Source: Bacteroidales bacterium
GTDB lineage: Bacteria > Bacteroidota > Bacteroidia > Bacteroidales > VadinHA17
DNA: 64,000 nucleotides
Assembly: GCA_034679225.1 (NCBI GenBank)
Contig: JAXDBC010000017.1
Location: 9,565-73,564 of the forward strand
Direction: 5' to 3'
How positions within the stretch are numbered: position 1 is the stretch's first letter; the number at the start of each line of letters is the position of its first letter. This document shows, piece after piece, positions 1 through 8,912 of the stretch. The position numbers and the translations under genes are program-made. The notes under the pieces were generated by a model. That model made no database searches. It worked only from the letters and a program-made list of their open reading frames with translations, and had not been told where the DNA came from.

Positions 1-1121
1 GGATTGAAGTAAGCATGCACGGCACCGTCGGAGAAGAACTTCGTGGCCATATAATAGAAATGGTCGCTTGCCTGAAGGTATTCCCAGTCTTTTTTTATCT
101 GGACATCATCACACCTGTTTACCTTATCAGTGAGGTTATATAGTTTCTCGAGGGCGGCAACCTGTAGTTCATTACCGTGCCAGGCTGTAATATCACGTTC
201 TTCGTCGGCCCATGAAATAGGTGATGGAACGCTGATAGCCGAGACAGGCTGAAGGCTTTCCGCCACCTCCGTCGGTGTCATGAATTTGAATGGTGTTTTC
301 TTCAGGATTGCCGCGGGCATATGTTCCAGGAACTCGAATATCCCGGTATCCCTATGATTATGCTCCCCGAATGTCTCATAGTCGAGGAAGATATTGACCA
401 GTTCGCTTTTTGGTGCGATTTTGGCGATCCAGGCGGCATACTTGTCGGTTGTCAGCGGCCATTCAGCCCATGCCCTGTTCGAGAACCTGAAGGCAATGTC
501 GTCGCTCAGGACGAAGTTTCTCAGAAGCACTTTCAGCCTCGGGTTGATGGAATTGCAATATAGGAAATTCGGGCTCTTCCATCCGAGAACGTGCTTGGCT
601 CCTTCCGTAAGCATCGATTTGAATCCCATGTCGGCGACCCACGATCCTATCTGGTCGGAATAGATCAGTTCGGTATTTCTGAAAGAAGTGCTTTCATAAC
701 CGATGTGTTCCCTGAGCATTTCCCTGTGAGCGTTGATCTGATGTTCAAATTCGCTTCGCGTTTTGATTGATGCAAGCGAGTGCGATTCGGTTTCAGCCAG
801 GAATTCCACCATTCCCGTTTCAGCCAGCTTCCTGAATGAATCCAGTACTTCCGGGGCATACAGTTGGAACTGCTTTATCACGAGACCTGTAAGTGAAAAC
901 GTCACTTTGAACTTGCCCTTGTTTTTCTGGATCTGGTCGAGGATTATTGCATTGGCCGGCAGATAGCAGTTGTCAGCCACCTTCCTCATGATCGATTCAT
1001 TTGTGAAATCGTCATAGTAATAATGGTCATGCCCCAGGTCAAAGAACCTGTATCTTTTAAGCCTGAAAGGCTGATGCACCTGAAAATAAAAGCATATTGC
1101 TTTTTTGCCTGTTACACTCAT
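1..1121 (-). CDS. Glycoside hydrolase family 57 (alpha-amylase-like); 3' end cut by window edge
   Basis: Absent from the ORF track because it is open to the window edge. Hand translation of the - strand from ATG 1121..1119 is uninterrupted to base 1: MSVTGKKAICFYFQVHQPFRLKRYRFFDLGHDHYYYDDF...VNIFLDYETFGEHNHRDTGIFEFL. The HQP and ETFGEH blocks and the glycogen-gene neighbours fit GH57. Confidence 0.75.
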   Translation of the reverse strand, partial: MSVTGKKAICFYFQVHQPFRLKRYRFFDLGHDHYYYDDFTNESIMRKVADNCYLPANAIILDQIQKNKGKFKVTFSLTGLVIKQFQLYAPEVLDSFRKLAETGMVEFLAETESHSLASIKTRSEFEHQINAHREMLREHIGYESTSFRNTELIYSDQIGSWVADMGFKSMLTEGAKHVLGWKSPNFLYCNSINPRLKVLLRNFVLSDDIAFRFSNRAWAEWPLTTDKYAAWIAKIAPKSELVNIFLDYETFGEHNHRDTGIFEFLEHMPAAILKKTPFKFMTPTEVAESLQPVSAISVPSPISWADEERDITAWHGNELQVAALEKLYNLTDKVNRCDDVQIKKDWEYLQASDHFYYMATKFFSDGAVHAYFN

Positions 1122-1123
1122 AT

Positions 1124-2422
1124 CTAGTTCTTATTTTGCCAAATCACTCTGTAATAAATATCTCTCACGTGTCGTGCCGAATTATCCCATTTAAGTCTTA
1201 CCACTTCTTCTTTTCCGTTCTTGATGAACATTTTTGAAAGAGCGGGATAATTAAGAATTCCGTAGATTGCATCAGCCATCGCGTCGATATCCCAGAAATC
1301 GGTTTTGACGGCGTGAGTCAGTATTTCTGACACCCCCGACTGTTTGCTGATGATAACCGGTACGTTCGACTGCATTGCCTCGAGAGGAGAAATTCCAAAA
1401 GGCTCTGAAACCGACGGCATAATGTAAACATCGCTCATATTGAGCATGGTAAATACATCATTTCCTCTAAGGAAGCCTGTGAAATGGAACCTGTCGGTTA
1501 TTTTCAGAGCAGCGGCTCTTCGCATCATTCTTTCCATCATGTCGCCCGAACCTGCCATTACGAACCTCACGTTGGGCATCACCTTAAGCACCTTGTGCGC
1601 GGCCTCAATAAAGTATTCAGGGCCCTTCTGCAGGGTAATTCTCCCCAGGAAGGTAACCACCTTGTCTTCAAATCCCTTTTTAATGGCAACATCCTGAGAG
1701 ATCTTGACAGGTTCAACTGCATTGTATACCGTTTCAACCTTCTCCGGGTCAATATGATATTTATTGATCACTATATCCCGGGTAAGATTGCTCACCGTTA
1801 TTATTTTGGACGCGGCATCCATCCCGAGTTTTTCAATACGGTACACGTCCGGGTTAACATTGCCTCCGCTCCGGTCAAAATCGGTTGCATGAACGTGAAT
1901 CACGAGGGGTTTACCCGAAACCTCCATTGCGGAAATACCTGCAGGATAGGCAAGCCAGTCGTGTGCATGGATAATGTCGAATTCGTTTTCTTCGGCAATA
2001 ACTGAGGCAACCACCGAATACTTGTATATTTCTTCCATCAGTGTATTGCCGTACTTTCCCGAGAAATCGACTGTACCTTCCTCATTGGTCTGTACCAGCA
2101 TCTTATAGCCTGTTGTTTCGGTATTTACACGTTCCCAGAATTCATCCGGATCAGTGTATGGGACTATCTTTGAGGATATCTCGATCATTTCGAGGGGTCG
2201 TCTGAAGCCCTTGTAATGGATTGTCCTGGATGCCACCGGCACCTTGTTCGCCCCAATGAGTTCCACCCTGGTCTGGTCTTCATCGCCCCATGCCTTTGGT
2301 ACGACAAATATAACCTCGAGGTCCTCAAGTGTCGACATACCTTTTGTCAGGCCGTAACTGGCTGTACCCAGCCCGCCGGAGATGTGAGGCGGAAACTCCC
2401 AACCGAACATTAATACACGCAT
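1124..2422 (-). CDS. Glycosyltransferase family 4, glycogen-synthase-like
   Basis: 432-aa ORF. N-terminal MRVLMFGWEFPPHISGGLGTA and C-terminal SEPFGISPLE (E-x7-E) are GT-B/GT4 signatures. A 2-nt gap separates it from the GH57 gene. Confidence 0.8.
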   Translation of the reverse strand: MRVLMFGWEFPPHISGGLGTASYGLTKGMSTLEDLEVIFVVPKAWGDEDQTRVELIGANKVPVASRTIHYKGFRRPLEMIEISSKIVPYTDPDEFWERVNTETTGYKMLVQTNEEGTVDFSGKYGNTLMEEIYKYSVVASVIAEENEFDIIHAHDWLAYPAGISAMEVSGKPLVIHVHATDFDRSGGNVNPDVYRIEKLGMDAASKIITVSNLTRDIVINKYHIDPEKVETVYNAVEPVKISQDVAIKKGFEDKVVTFLGRITLQKGPEYFIEAAHKVLKVMPNVRFVMAGSGDMMERMMRRAAALKITDRFHFTGFLRGNDVFTMLNMSDVYIMPSVSEPFGISPLEAMQSNVPVIISKQSGVSEILTHAVKTDFWDIDAMADAIYGILNYPALSKMFIKNGKEEVVRLKWDNSARHVRDIYYRVIWQNKN

Positions 2423-2449
2423 ATCACACCTGTTTTATTTTTATTATAA

Positions 2450-4396
2450 TTAATATTTATTCTCAAGCAGATCCATTATTCTCAGGATCTCGCCAACGCT
2501 CCATGCCTGTGAGAAGGTTCCGTTAGGTGCGTGAGGCGGGTCGCCGTCGTGAATCTCGGAGATAGTACTTACCCCGTGTTCACTCATCACCTCTTCGAAT
2601 CCCATTAAAAGCTTCTTTACCCTTGCCACGCCCTGATGGCCGTAGACTTTCAGCCATCCCTCGCAGAAGGGGCCCAGGAGCCACGGCCATACCGTACCGT
2701 TGTGGTAAGCCATATCCCTCACTTCCTGACTTCCGCCGTATGTCCCCTTGTAAAGAGGGTTGCCGGGTGAGAGTGTACGAAGGCCTCTAGGAGTAAGCAG
2801 TTCCTTGTCGGCAATATCCAGTACCCGTTTCATTTGATCCTTGCTGAGCATTGAATATGGAAGAGAAACTGCAATCAGCATGTTTGGTCTCACTGAATAA
2901 TTCTTTCCTTCTTCATCATTTACATAATCTGCAAGGTATCCCTTTGCATGATCACAGAACGTTTCATTAAACGATTGCTTTATGAGTTCGGGAAGCGCTT
3001 CGTATTCCTTCACAAACTTCTTGTCCTTAGCCTTCCGTGCAAGGTCGAGGGTGAAACAAACAGCATTGTACCACAATGCATTTATTTCAACAGCATAACC
3101 GTTTCTCGGTGTAACCGGCACTCCGTTCACAATTGCATCCATCCAGGTAAGTGCTTTTCCGGGGGCATCGGCATAGATCAGGCCATTCTCCCTCATACCG
3201 ATATTGAATCCGGTTCCTGCCCTGTAAGCATTGAGAACCGATTTCATTGCATTCCCGTAATGTTCCCATGCATCGTGGCCTCCATTTTCGAGATACTGCT
3301 GGACAGTCCAGAAAAACCATAGAGGGGCATCAACAGAGTTAAATGCCGGATTATCGGGATTTCCCATGTTGGGGAACAATCCGTCCTTCATGCTGCCTAT
3401 CTGCGTGTCTAAAACATCGCGGTAAAGCTGAAGCTTTTTCTCAGGCCTGGAGGTTGCCAGTCCGGGAAGAGCTATGAAGGTATCCCTGCCCCATGATCCG
3501 AACCAGGGATACCCGGCGATGATAAGGGTCTTGCCCTGCCGGCGCTCCACGAATTGCTGAGCTGCATTCTTGAGACAGTTTGAGAAATTGCTTCTTGGAA
3601 TCTTGCCGCTGACGGTCTTGGTGAATTTTGACTTGAAGCCGCTTGGTTTTTCTTCCCTGGTTGAAGCCGAAAAAACAATCACGTCTCCCTCGCCGGCCTC
3701 CAGTTCGAAGAAACCGGGTGTGAAAAGGTCCTCTGAATAGTCATATCCCCTTTTTTGCTCCTCGATGTACTCTACACCCCGGTACCAGTCGGGAACGTGT
3801 ATAAACTCCGCTTTCCTCGAGAATTGCATGTGCAGATAGGGGAATCCCTCATAGAGCTTCATTTTTATCCCGTTGGGAATAAATTCAACCTTGGTATTGG
3901 CTGAAAGATTTGCATGTGTCAGTTCATGTATGTTCCTGAAGGCAAGAAATGGGCGTATCTGTAGCTTCATCGGTTCCGATGCCTCAAGGATAGTGTACCT
4001 CGACAGGTATTGTTCCTCGTAATGGACAAGAAGCCTTTCATGCTTGAGTTTAACGCCTCCCACCCTGAAAATCCTAGATGGAATTACTTCCATCCCGAGT
4101 TCCTCAATATACTTGTGTCCCTTGGGGCTGTAATAGTCTCCCCTGTATTTTCTTATTCCTATATTGAAGCTCTTGTCCTGATTTACTATAGTGGCGTCAA
4201 TAGAGGAAAGAAGCACATGCCGGTCTCCTCCGAAAGCATCAATCGGGCAAACGAGAAGACCATGATATTTTCTCGTGTTGCATCCGACAATCGTGGTTGC
4301 GGAGTAGGACCCTGCGCGGTTGGCCCTTATCACTTCCCTCGAAAGCGAAAACTCGAGGTTGACAATCTGTGCCTTTTCGAACTTGATATAACTCAT
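2450..4396 (-). CDS. Glycogen debranching enzyme / amylo-alpha-1,6-glucosidase family
   Basis: Blocks GYPWFGSWGRDTFIALPG and AYHNGTVWPWLLGPF are typical of the GDE_C six-hairpin family. I moved the start to Met21 (ATG 4396..4394) because a -7-like box TATCTTTT (4431-4438, - strand) lies inside the longer ORF that begins at 4456. Confidence 0.8.
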   Translation of the reverse strand: MSYIKFEKAQIVNLEFSLSREVIRANRAGSYSATTIVGCNTRKYHGLLVCPIDAFGGDRHVLLSSIDATIVNQDKSFNIGIRKYRGDYYSPKGHKYIEELGMEVIPSRIFRVGGVKLKHERLLVHYEEQYLSRYTILEASEPMKLQIRPFLAFRNIHELTHANLSANTKVEFIPNGIKMKLYEGFPYLHMQFSRKAEFIHVPDWYRGVEYIEEQKRGYDYSEDLFTPGFFELEAGEGDVIVFSASTREEKPSGFKSKFTKTVSGKIPRSNFSNCLKNAAQQFVERRQGKTLIIAGYPWFGSWGRDTFIALPGLATSRPEKKLQLYRDVLDTQIGSMKDGLFPNMGNPDNPAFNSVDAPLWFFWTVQQYLENGGHDAWEHYGNAMKSVLNAYRAGTGFNIGMRENGLIYADAPGKALTWMDAIVNGVPVTPRNGYAVEINALWYNAVCFTLDLARKAKDKKFVKEYEALPELIKQSFNETFCDHAKGYLADYVNDEEGKNYSVRPNMLIAVSLPYSMLSKDQMKRVLDIADKELLTPRGLRTLSPGNPLYKGTYGGSQEVRDMAYHNGTVWPWLLGPFCEGWLKVYGHQGVARVKKLLMGFEEVMSEHGVSTISEIHDGDPPHAPNGTFSQAWSVGEILRIMDLLENKY

Positions 4397-4509
4397 ATGC
4401 AAATCATTTTGATACGTCAATAAAAGTCTTAAAAGATACTTCATTTTATTGAACAATGCAAAGGCAATTCTATAAAATGTTTACAGGGCTCAACCTGAAA
4501 AAAAAAGAA

Positions 4510-4517
4510 TAACTTTG
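4510..4517 (+). promoter_or_regulatory. Bacteroidota -7 promoter box TAACTTTG
   Basis: Exact match to TAnnTTTG, 43 nt upstream of ATG 4560, in an A-rich leader with no Shine-Dalgarno sequence. Confidence 0.45.
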
Positions 4518-4559
4518 CATTTCAATAAAACAAACTAAATAACAAACAACCTTTCCTGC

Positions 4560-5711
4560 ATGAACTTAAAACCTGCCCTCATCCTGTCTGCCATCCTGAT
4601 GCTTACCGCCTGCAAAAATAACAATGTCGAACTGACAGGTATCCTTGAATATCCATTGGCCGGACAATATATTTTCCTGCAGGAACTTAAGACTGATGCG
4701 CTTCTAAATGTGGATTCCGTCATAGTTTCGAATGATGGAAAATTTGAGTTCAAAAGGAAGGTTAAATTCCCGTCATTTTACCTGCTCAAAATTAATCAAA
4801 ATAACTTTCTGACAATGCTTGTTGAGCCCGGAGAGAAAATAAAAATGACATCTCATTTTGATTCGCTTAATTATCCGGTGGTTGTCAGTGGGTCAAAAGG
4901 CACAGGTCTGATAGCTGACTACAACAAGAATCTTCTCAGGACCAGGAACAAGATCAGGGGATTGAACGATCTGTTCAACAACAACAGCGGAAGGGGCGAT
5001 ATGACTGCCTTTATTGATTCGCTCGACAGGCTTGGCGATGCTTACCTTAATGAAATAAACAGCTATGCAAAGGAATTCATCGATAAGAATCTTTCTTCTC
5101 TGGCCACCATTCCGGTTTTATATTCCATGATCACTCCTACACTTTATGTTCTCGATCCTCAGCAAGACCTGCAATATTTTCTGAAGGTCGATTCTTCACT
5201 GTTCAGTCTTTACCCGGAATATGGTCCCGTTATTGATCTTCACAATCAGATAAACGAAATGCGGGCCTATTTCGGAACAAGCGGCACGGGTGAAGAATAC
5301 GCGGAAGCTCCCGAGATAGCGCTGCCTGATCCCGGTGGTGATACTATCAGACTGTCGTCCACAAGGGGCAACTATGTACTTCTTGATTTCTGGGCAGCAT
5401 GGTGTCCTCCATGCCGGGCCGAAAATCCAAACCTTGTCGCGGCATTCAACAAATACAAAAGCAAGGGATTCCGTATTTACCAGGTATCACTCGACAAGAC
5501 ACGCGAGGCATGGCTCAAGGGGATCGAGGATGACAGACTGGGAAGCTGGATCCATGTAAGCGATCTTGGCTACTGGAATTCTTCAGTGGTGCCGCTTTAC
5601 AGACTGGAATCAATTCCGGCAAACTTCCTGCTCGACAGGGAAGGCCGGATAATTGCCTCCAACCTCAGGGGGGATGCATTGCAGAGAAAACTTGAAGAAC
5701 TGTTCAATTAA
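4560..5711 (+). CDS. TlpA/ResA-like thiol:disulfide oxidoreductase lipoprotein (thioredoxin fold, CPPC)
   Basis: Lipoprotein signal MNLKPALILSAILMLTAC. C-terminal thioredoxin fold FWAAWCPPCRAENP, with CPPC at 5403-5414. Confidence 0.8.
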   Translation: MNLKPALILSAILMLTACKNNNVELTGILEYPLAGQYIFLQELKTDALLNVDSVIVSNDGKFEFKRKVKFPSFYLLKINQNNFLTMLVEPGEKIKMTSHFDSLNYPVVVSGSKGTGLIADYNKNLLRTRNKIRGLNDLFNNNSGRGDMTAFIDSLDRLGDAYLNEINSYAKEFIDKNLSSLATIPVLYSMITPTLYVLDPQQDLQYFLKVDSSLFSLYPEYGPVIDLHNQINEMRAYFGTSGTGEEYAEAPEIALPDPGGDTIRLSSTRGNYVLLDFWAAWCPPCRAENPNLVAAFNKYKSKGFRIYQVSLDKTREAWLKGIEDDRLGSWIHVSDLGYWNSSVVPLYRLESIPANFLLDREGRIIASNLRGDALQRKLEELFN

Positions 5712-5747
5712 TTTTAAATCGCTAAATCCTAAAGGAAATTCTGTCCG

Positions 5748-6923
5748 ATGATGAAGAAAATATTAATAATAGTTATCCCGGCTCTTCTCTTTTCCGGATG
5801 CATCAGCAAAGACTCATTCACTGTCACGGGACATATAAGCAATCCCCGGCAACGGAGTGTTGTGCTTAACAAGGTCGATGTTGACAGGCTGATCTTTATT
5901 GATTCGGCAAAGCTTGGATCCGGCGGCAGTTTCAAATTCAGGGTTAAGGCAACAGGTACCGATTTCTACCAGGTAGGATACTCCGATACGGATTTCATTA
6001 CTCTCATTGCCGGACCGGGTGAAAAGATCAGGCTGACTTTCAAAGGCGTGAACACTTCGGGCGATTATGAGGTTTCGGGGTCGAAGGAATCTGAGGATGT
6101 CAGGGTTCTCGACCTCAGGCTTGCTGCCGGAAAGCTAAAACTCGACTCGCTCAGGACAATGTACGCCAATCTTGAGGGAATTGAAGGCTCCGAAGCCGAA
6201 AGAAGCAGGCTCGAGGAAGAATTCACTGCCGTTTTGCAGGATCTTCGCAAAAAAAATATCGAATACATTGTAACCAATCCCTCATCAATGGCATCCCTTA
6301 AGGCCGTTTACCAGAGGATAGATGAAAACACTTATGTATTGTACGATCACCGTGATCTTCAGTATCTTAAGATAGTATCCGATTCGCTCGGACGCCATTA
6401 TCCCCGATCCAGAAACGTCAAAGCCCTGGCTGAAGACCTAAAGAAAGAGATGAATGAGATGGTTGCCAGGCAGATCCGGAATATCGCCAGCAACGCACCC
6501 GAGACCGAACTCAATCCGAACCTTCTCGATGTCAACGGACACAGGATAGCTTTGTCATCACTGAGGGGGAAAATTGTTTTGCTGACCTTCTGGTCGGTTG
6601 ATTCAAGGGAATGTCTGAGCGAGAATATTCAGCTGAAGGAATTTTATAAAAACTACAGGAACAAGGGATTCGAGATATACCAGATCAATATCGACCAGAA
6701 CGAGGAGAGATGGAAGCAGGCTGTGTCCTTCGACGAGCTTCCATGGATAAGCACACGGGAAGACGATCCTCAGGTTCTTGAGAACGTGAGGCTTTTCAAT
6801 GTTCAGGCATTACCCGCGAACTACCTTTTCGGCCGTGACGGTTCCATAATAGCTACCAACCTTCACGGGAGATCTCTTCAGATAAAGCTCAACCAGTTGT
6901 TCAATAATCAGGGCGGCAATTGA
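5748..6923 (+). CDS. TlpA-like thioredoxin-fold lipoprotein paralog with degenerate SREC motif
   Basis: Lipoprotein signal MMKKILIIVIPALLFSGC and the same two-domain layout as the upstream gene. The motif position reads FWSVDSRECLSEN (SREC at 6603-6614), so the first Cys is Ser. Confidence 0.75.
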   Translation: MMKKILIIVIPALLFSGCISKDSFTVTGHISNPRQRSVVLNKVDVDRLIFIDSAKLGSGGSFKFRVKATGTDFYQVGYSDTDFITLIAGPGEKIRLTFKGVNTSGDYEVSGSKESEDVRVLDLRLAAGKLKLDSLRTMYANLEGIEGSEAERSRLEEEFTAVLQDLRKKNIEYIVTNPSSMASLKAVYQRIDENTYVLYDHRDLQYLKIVSDSLGRHYPRSRNVKALAEDLKKEMNEMVARQIRNIASNAPETELNPNLLDVNGHRIALSSLRGKIVLLTFWSVDSRECLSENIQLKEFYKNYRNKGFEIYQINIDQNEERWKQAVSFDELPWISTREDDPQVLENVRLFNVQALPANYLFGRDGSIIATNLHGRSLQIKLNQLFNNQGGN

Positions 6924-7666
6924 AGAAGAACGGGAAAATATTCTTTGCATCCGATTTTCACCTTGGACTGAAGGCCGGAAACGAACCGGACGAGAGGGAG
7001 AGGCTGGCGGTCCGGTGGCTCAATACAATTGCACCTGAGGCAAGAGAGATTTTCCTGCTTGGCGACATCTTTGATTTCTGGTGGGAGTACCGGCTCGTTG
7101 TGCCCCGCGGCTTCACCAGGTTCCTCGGAACCATTTCGTCAATAACCGATTCGGGCACACCTGTCCATTTCTTCACCGGGAACCACGACATGTGGGTCAA
7201 AGACTATTTTTCAACTGAATGCGGGATGATTGTTCACACATCGCCCCATACCTGCACCATCGACGGCAGGAAATTCCATATTGCCCACGGGGAAGGACTT
7301 GGAAGCAAAAACACCGGATACAAGATACTTCTGTGGATATTCAGGAACAAAACCTTGCAGTTTCTATATTCAATGCTTCACCCCAGGATTGGGATCAGCA
7401 TTGGCCGGAACTGGTCGCGGCATTCGAGGTTTGCCAAGGGTATAACCATGGATTTCATGGGGGAGGACAGGGAGGATCTTCTCCGTTACTCACGCGAGGT
7501 GATGAAAAAGGAAAACATGGATTATTTTGTCTTTGGGCACCGGCATATGCCAATGACTTTCAACAACGGGAACAACGGCCGTATAGTTATTCTTGGCGAC
7601 TGGTTCAGGCTTGGAAGTTACGCGGAATGGGATGGCAGCGAGCTATGCCTGAAAAACTTCAGTTGA
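6920..7666 (+). CDS. lpxH: UDP-2,3-diacylglucosamine diphosphatase (calcineurin-like metallophosphoesterase)
   Basis: Motifs FASDFHLG, GDIFDFWWEY, GNHD, HGE and GHRH. It starts on TTG 6920, overlapping the upstream TGA stop (TTGA), with no nearby ATG alternative. Confidence 0.8.
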   Translation: MKKNGKIFFASDFHLGLKAGNEPDERERLAVRWLNTIAPEAREIFLLGDIFDFWWEYRLVVPRGFTRFLGTISSITDSGTPVHFFTGNHDMWVKDYFSTECGMIVHTSPHTCTIDGRKFHIAHGEGLGSKNTGYKILLWIFRNKTLQFLYSMLHPRIGISIGRNWSRHSRFAKGITMDFMGEDREDLLRYSREVMKKENMDYFVFGHRHMPMTFNNGNNGRIVILGDWFRLGSYAEWDGSELCLKNFS

Positions 7667-8779
7667 CGCGTTCGTGTTCTCCACCCTCACCGAAAGAATA
7701 AAGTAGGAATAATCCTCATTGACTTTCCTGAACAGGTATTCGAGTTTGCTGCCCGCCTTTCTGGCCATTGAAATAAGTCCCATATTTCCCGTGCTGTCGC
7801 TTTCAATAGTCTGCGCCGAAAGGGATGCAAAGAAAAGGGTTTTCAGTTCATCGGGACTAAAACTGTTTATATCGTCGATCTTTTGTTTCAGGATGTCCGT
7901 CACTGTTGCCGGAACAAGATTTCCCGTTGTCAGGACAAATTCTCCTTTCGTGAGCCTTACCATTGCAAGAGGCATTCCAAACCTCTGCTCAGCTTCTTTT
8001 CCCGGATTGTATTTCGACACATTCTCCAGAATCTCGACCAGTATATTGAAAACCTTTTTTCTAAGCCTTGCATCGATATCTCCATCAGTAAGCCTGGCTT
8101 CGGTTATTGACAGCACTTCCTCCCCTATTCCGGAATTCACGTGGCCCGACCACATCAGATGAACATTGTTTTCTGCCAGCATTCTCTCGAGTCCGAATAC
8201 CTGCAGGCCACTGAACTTTTCACAGGATTGCCCTTTTCTTGTCCCCATTCCTGTTGAGTCGACGGTTTTACTCAGAACGAAATATGACAATCCTCCTCCG
8301 AGTGGAATAAAATCATAATCAAGCTTATTGCCCGTTTTCATGGCCATTTCCAGGAGTCCCAGTCCGGCTCCTCCCTTTTCACTGAAACCGGGGGTTTCGA
8401 GAATCTGCCTGTACAAAACCTTGATCCCGGCAGCATCTAACGAATTTACCTTCGCCAGCTTGTCAGCCAGCAATTCCGACTGTGCATCGGTTATCAGGTT
8501 CCCGGTTGTAATGGTATAGCCGTCATCGGTTTTTGAATACGAAACCAGGGGCATGACAGGATGATCCATCTGCCCGCCGTGCTTGATAATGTTCTGCAGG
8601 CTTTCGAGAACGTACATGAACAGCCTCTTTCGCCCTAACAGGTTAAAAGAGTCTTCCTTCATTTCATTTTCAAGAAGGGTGAGCAGGGGAAGAGAATTTT
8701 TTTCACTTACTTCTCCCCTGAAAACAAATATAAGGCCTTCCTTCCTGATTGATTCCTGAATGGTACTTGTTAGATTCAT
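7643..8779 (-). CDS. Tandem SiaB-family-like (GHKL / anti-sigma-kinase-like) protein, two domains in one chain
   Basis: Two internal repeats: GLIFVFRGEVS...KRLFMYVLESLQNIIKHG...GGAGLGLLEMA and HLMWSGHVNS...KKVFNILVEILENVSKYN...TGNMGLISMA. The pattern matches my recollection of SiaB-family/DUF6272 proteins and needs HMM confirmation. Start set at Met40 (ATG 8779), since the longer N-terminus looks non-native. Its 3' end overlaps lpxH by 24 nt (convergent). Confidence 0.55.
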   Translation of the reverse strand: MNLTSTIQESIRKEGLIFVFRGEVSEKNSLPLLTLLENEMKEDSFNLLGRKRLFMYVLESLQNIIKHGGQMDHPVMPLVSYSKTDDGYTITTGNLITDAQSELLADKLAKVNSLDAAGIKVLYRQILETPGFSEKGGAGLGLLEMAMKTGNKLDYDFIPLGGGLSYFVLSKTVDSTGMGTRKGQSCEKFSGLQVFGLERMLAENNVHLMWSGHVNSGIGEEVLSITEARLTDGDIDARLRKKVFNILVEILENVSKYNPGKEAEQRFGMPLAMVRLTKGEFVLTTGNLVPATVTDILKQKIDDINSFSPDELKTLFFASLSAQTIESDSTGNMGLISMARKAGSKLEYLFRKVNEDYSYFILSVRVENTNASTEVFQA

Positions 8780-8912
8780 GCTTAAAAATGTCCGTACCAC
8801 TATAACGACAAAACAAGCTGATTCGTCTAAAAAATCTAAAAAAATCAGTCTGTTTCCCATAATCAGGATGATTTCACCCCTGGATTTATAAAACACCCGC
8901 TGCTTGACATAT

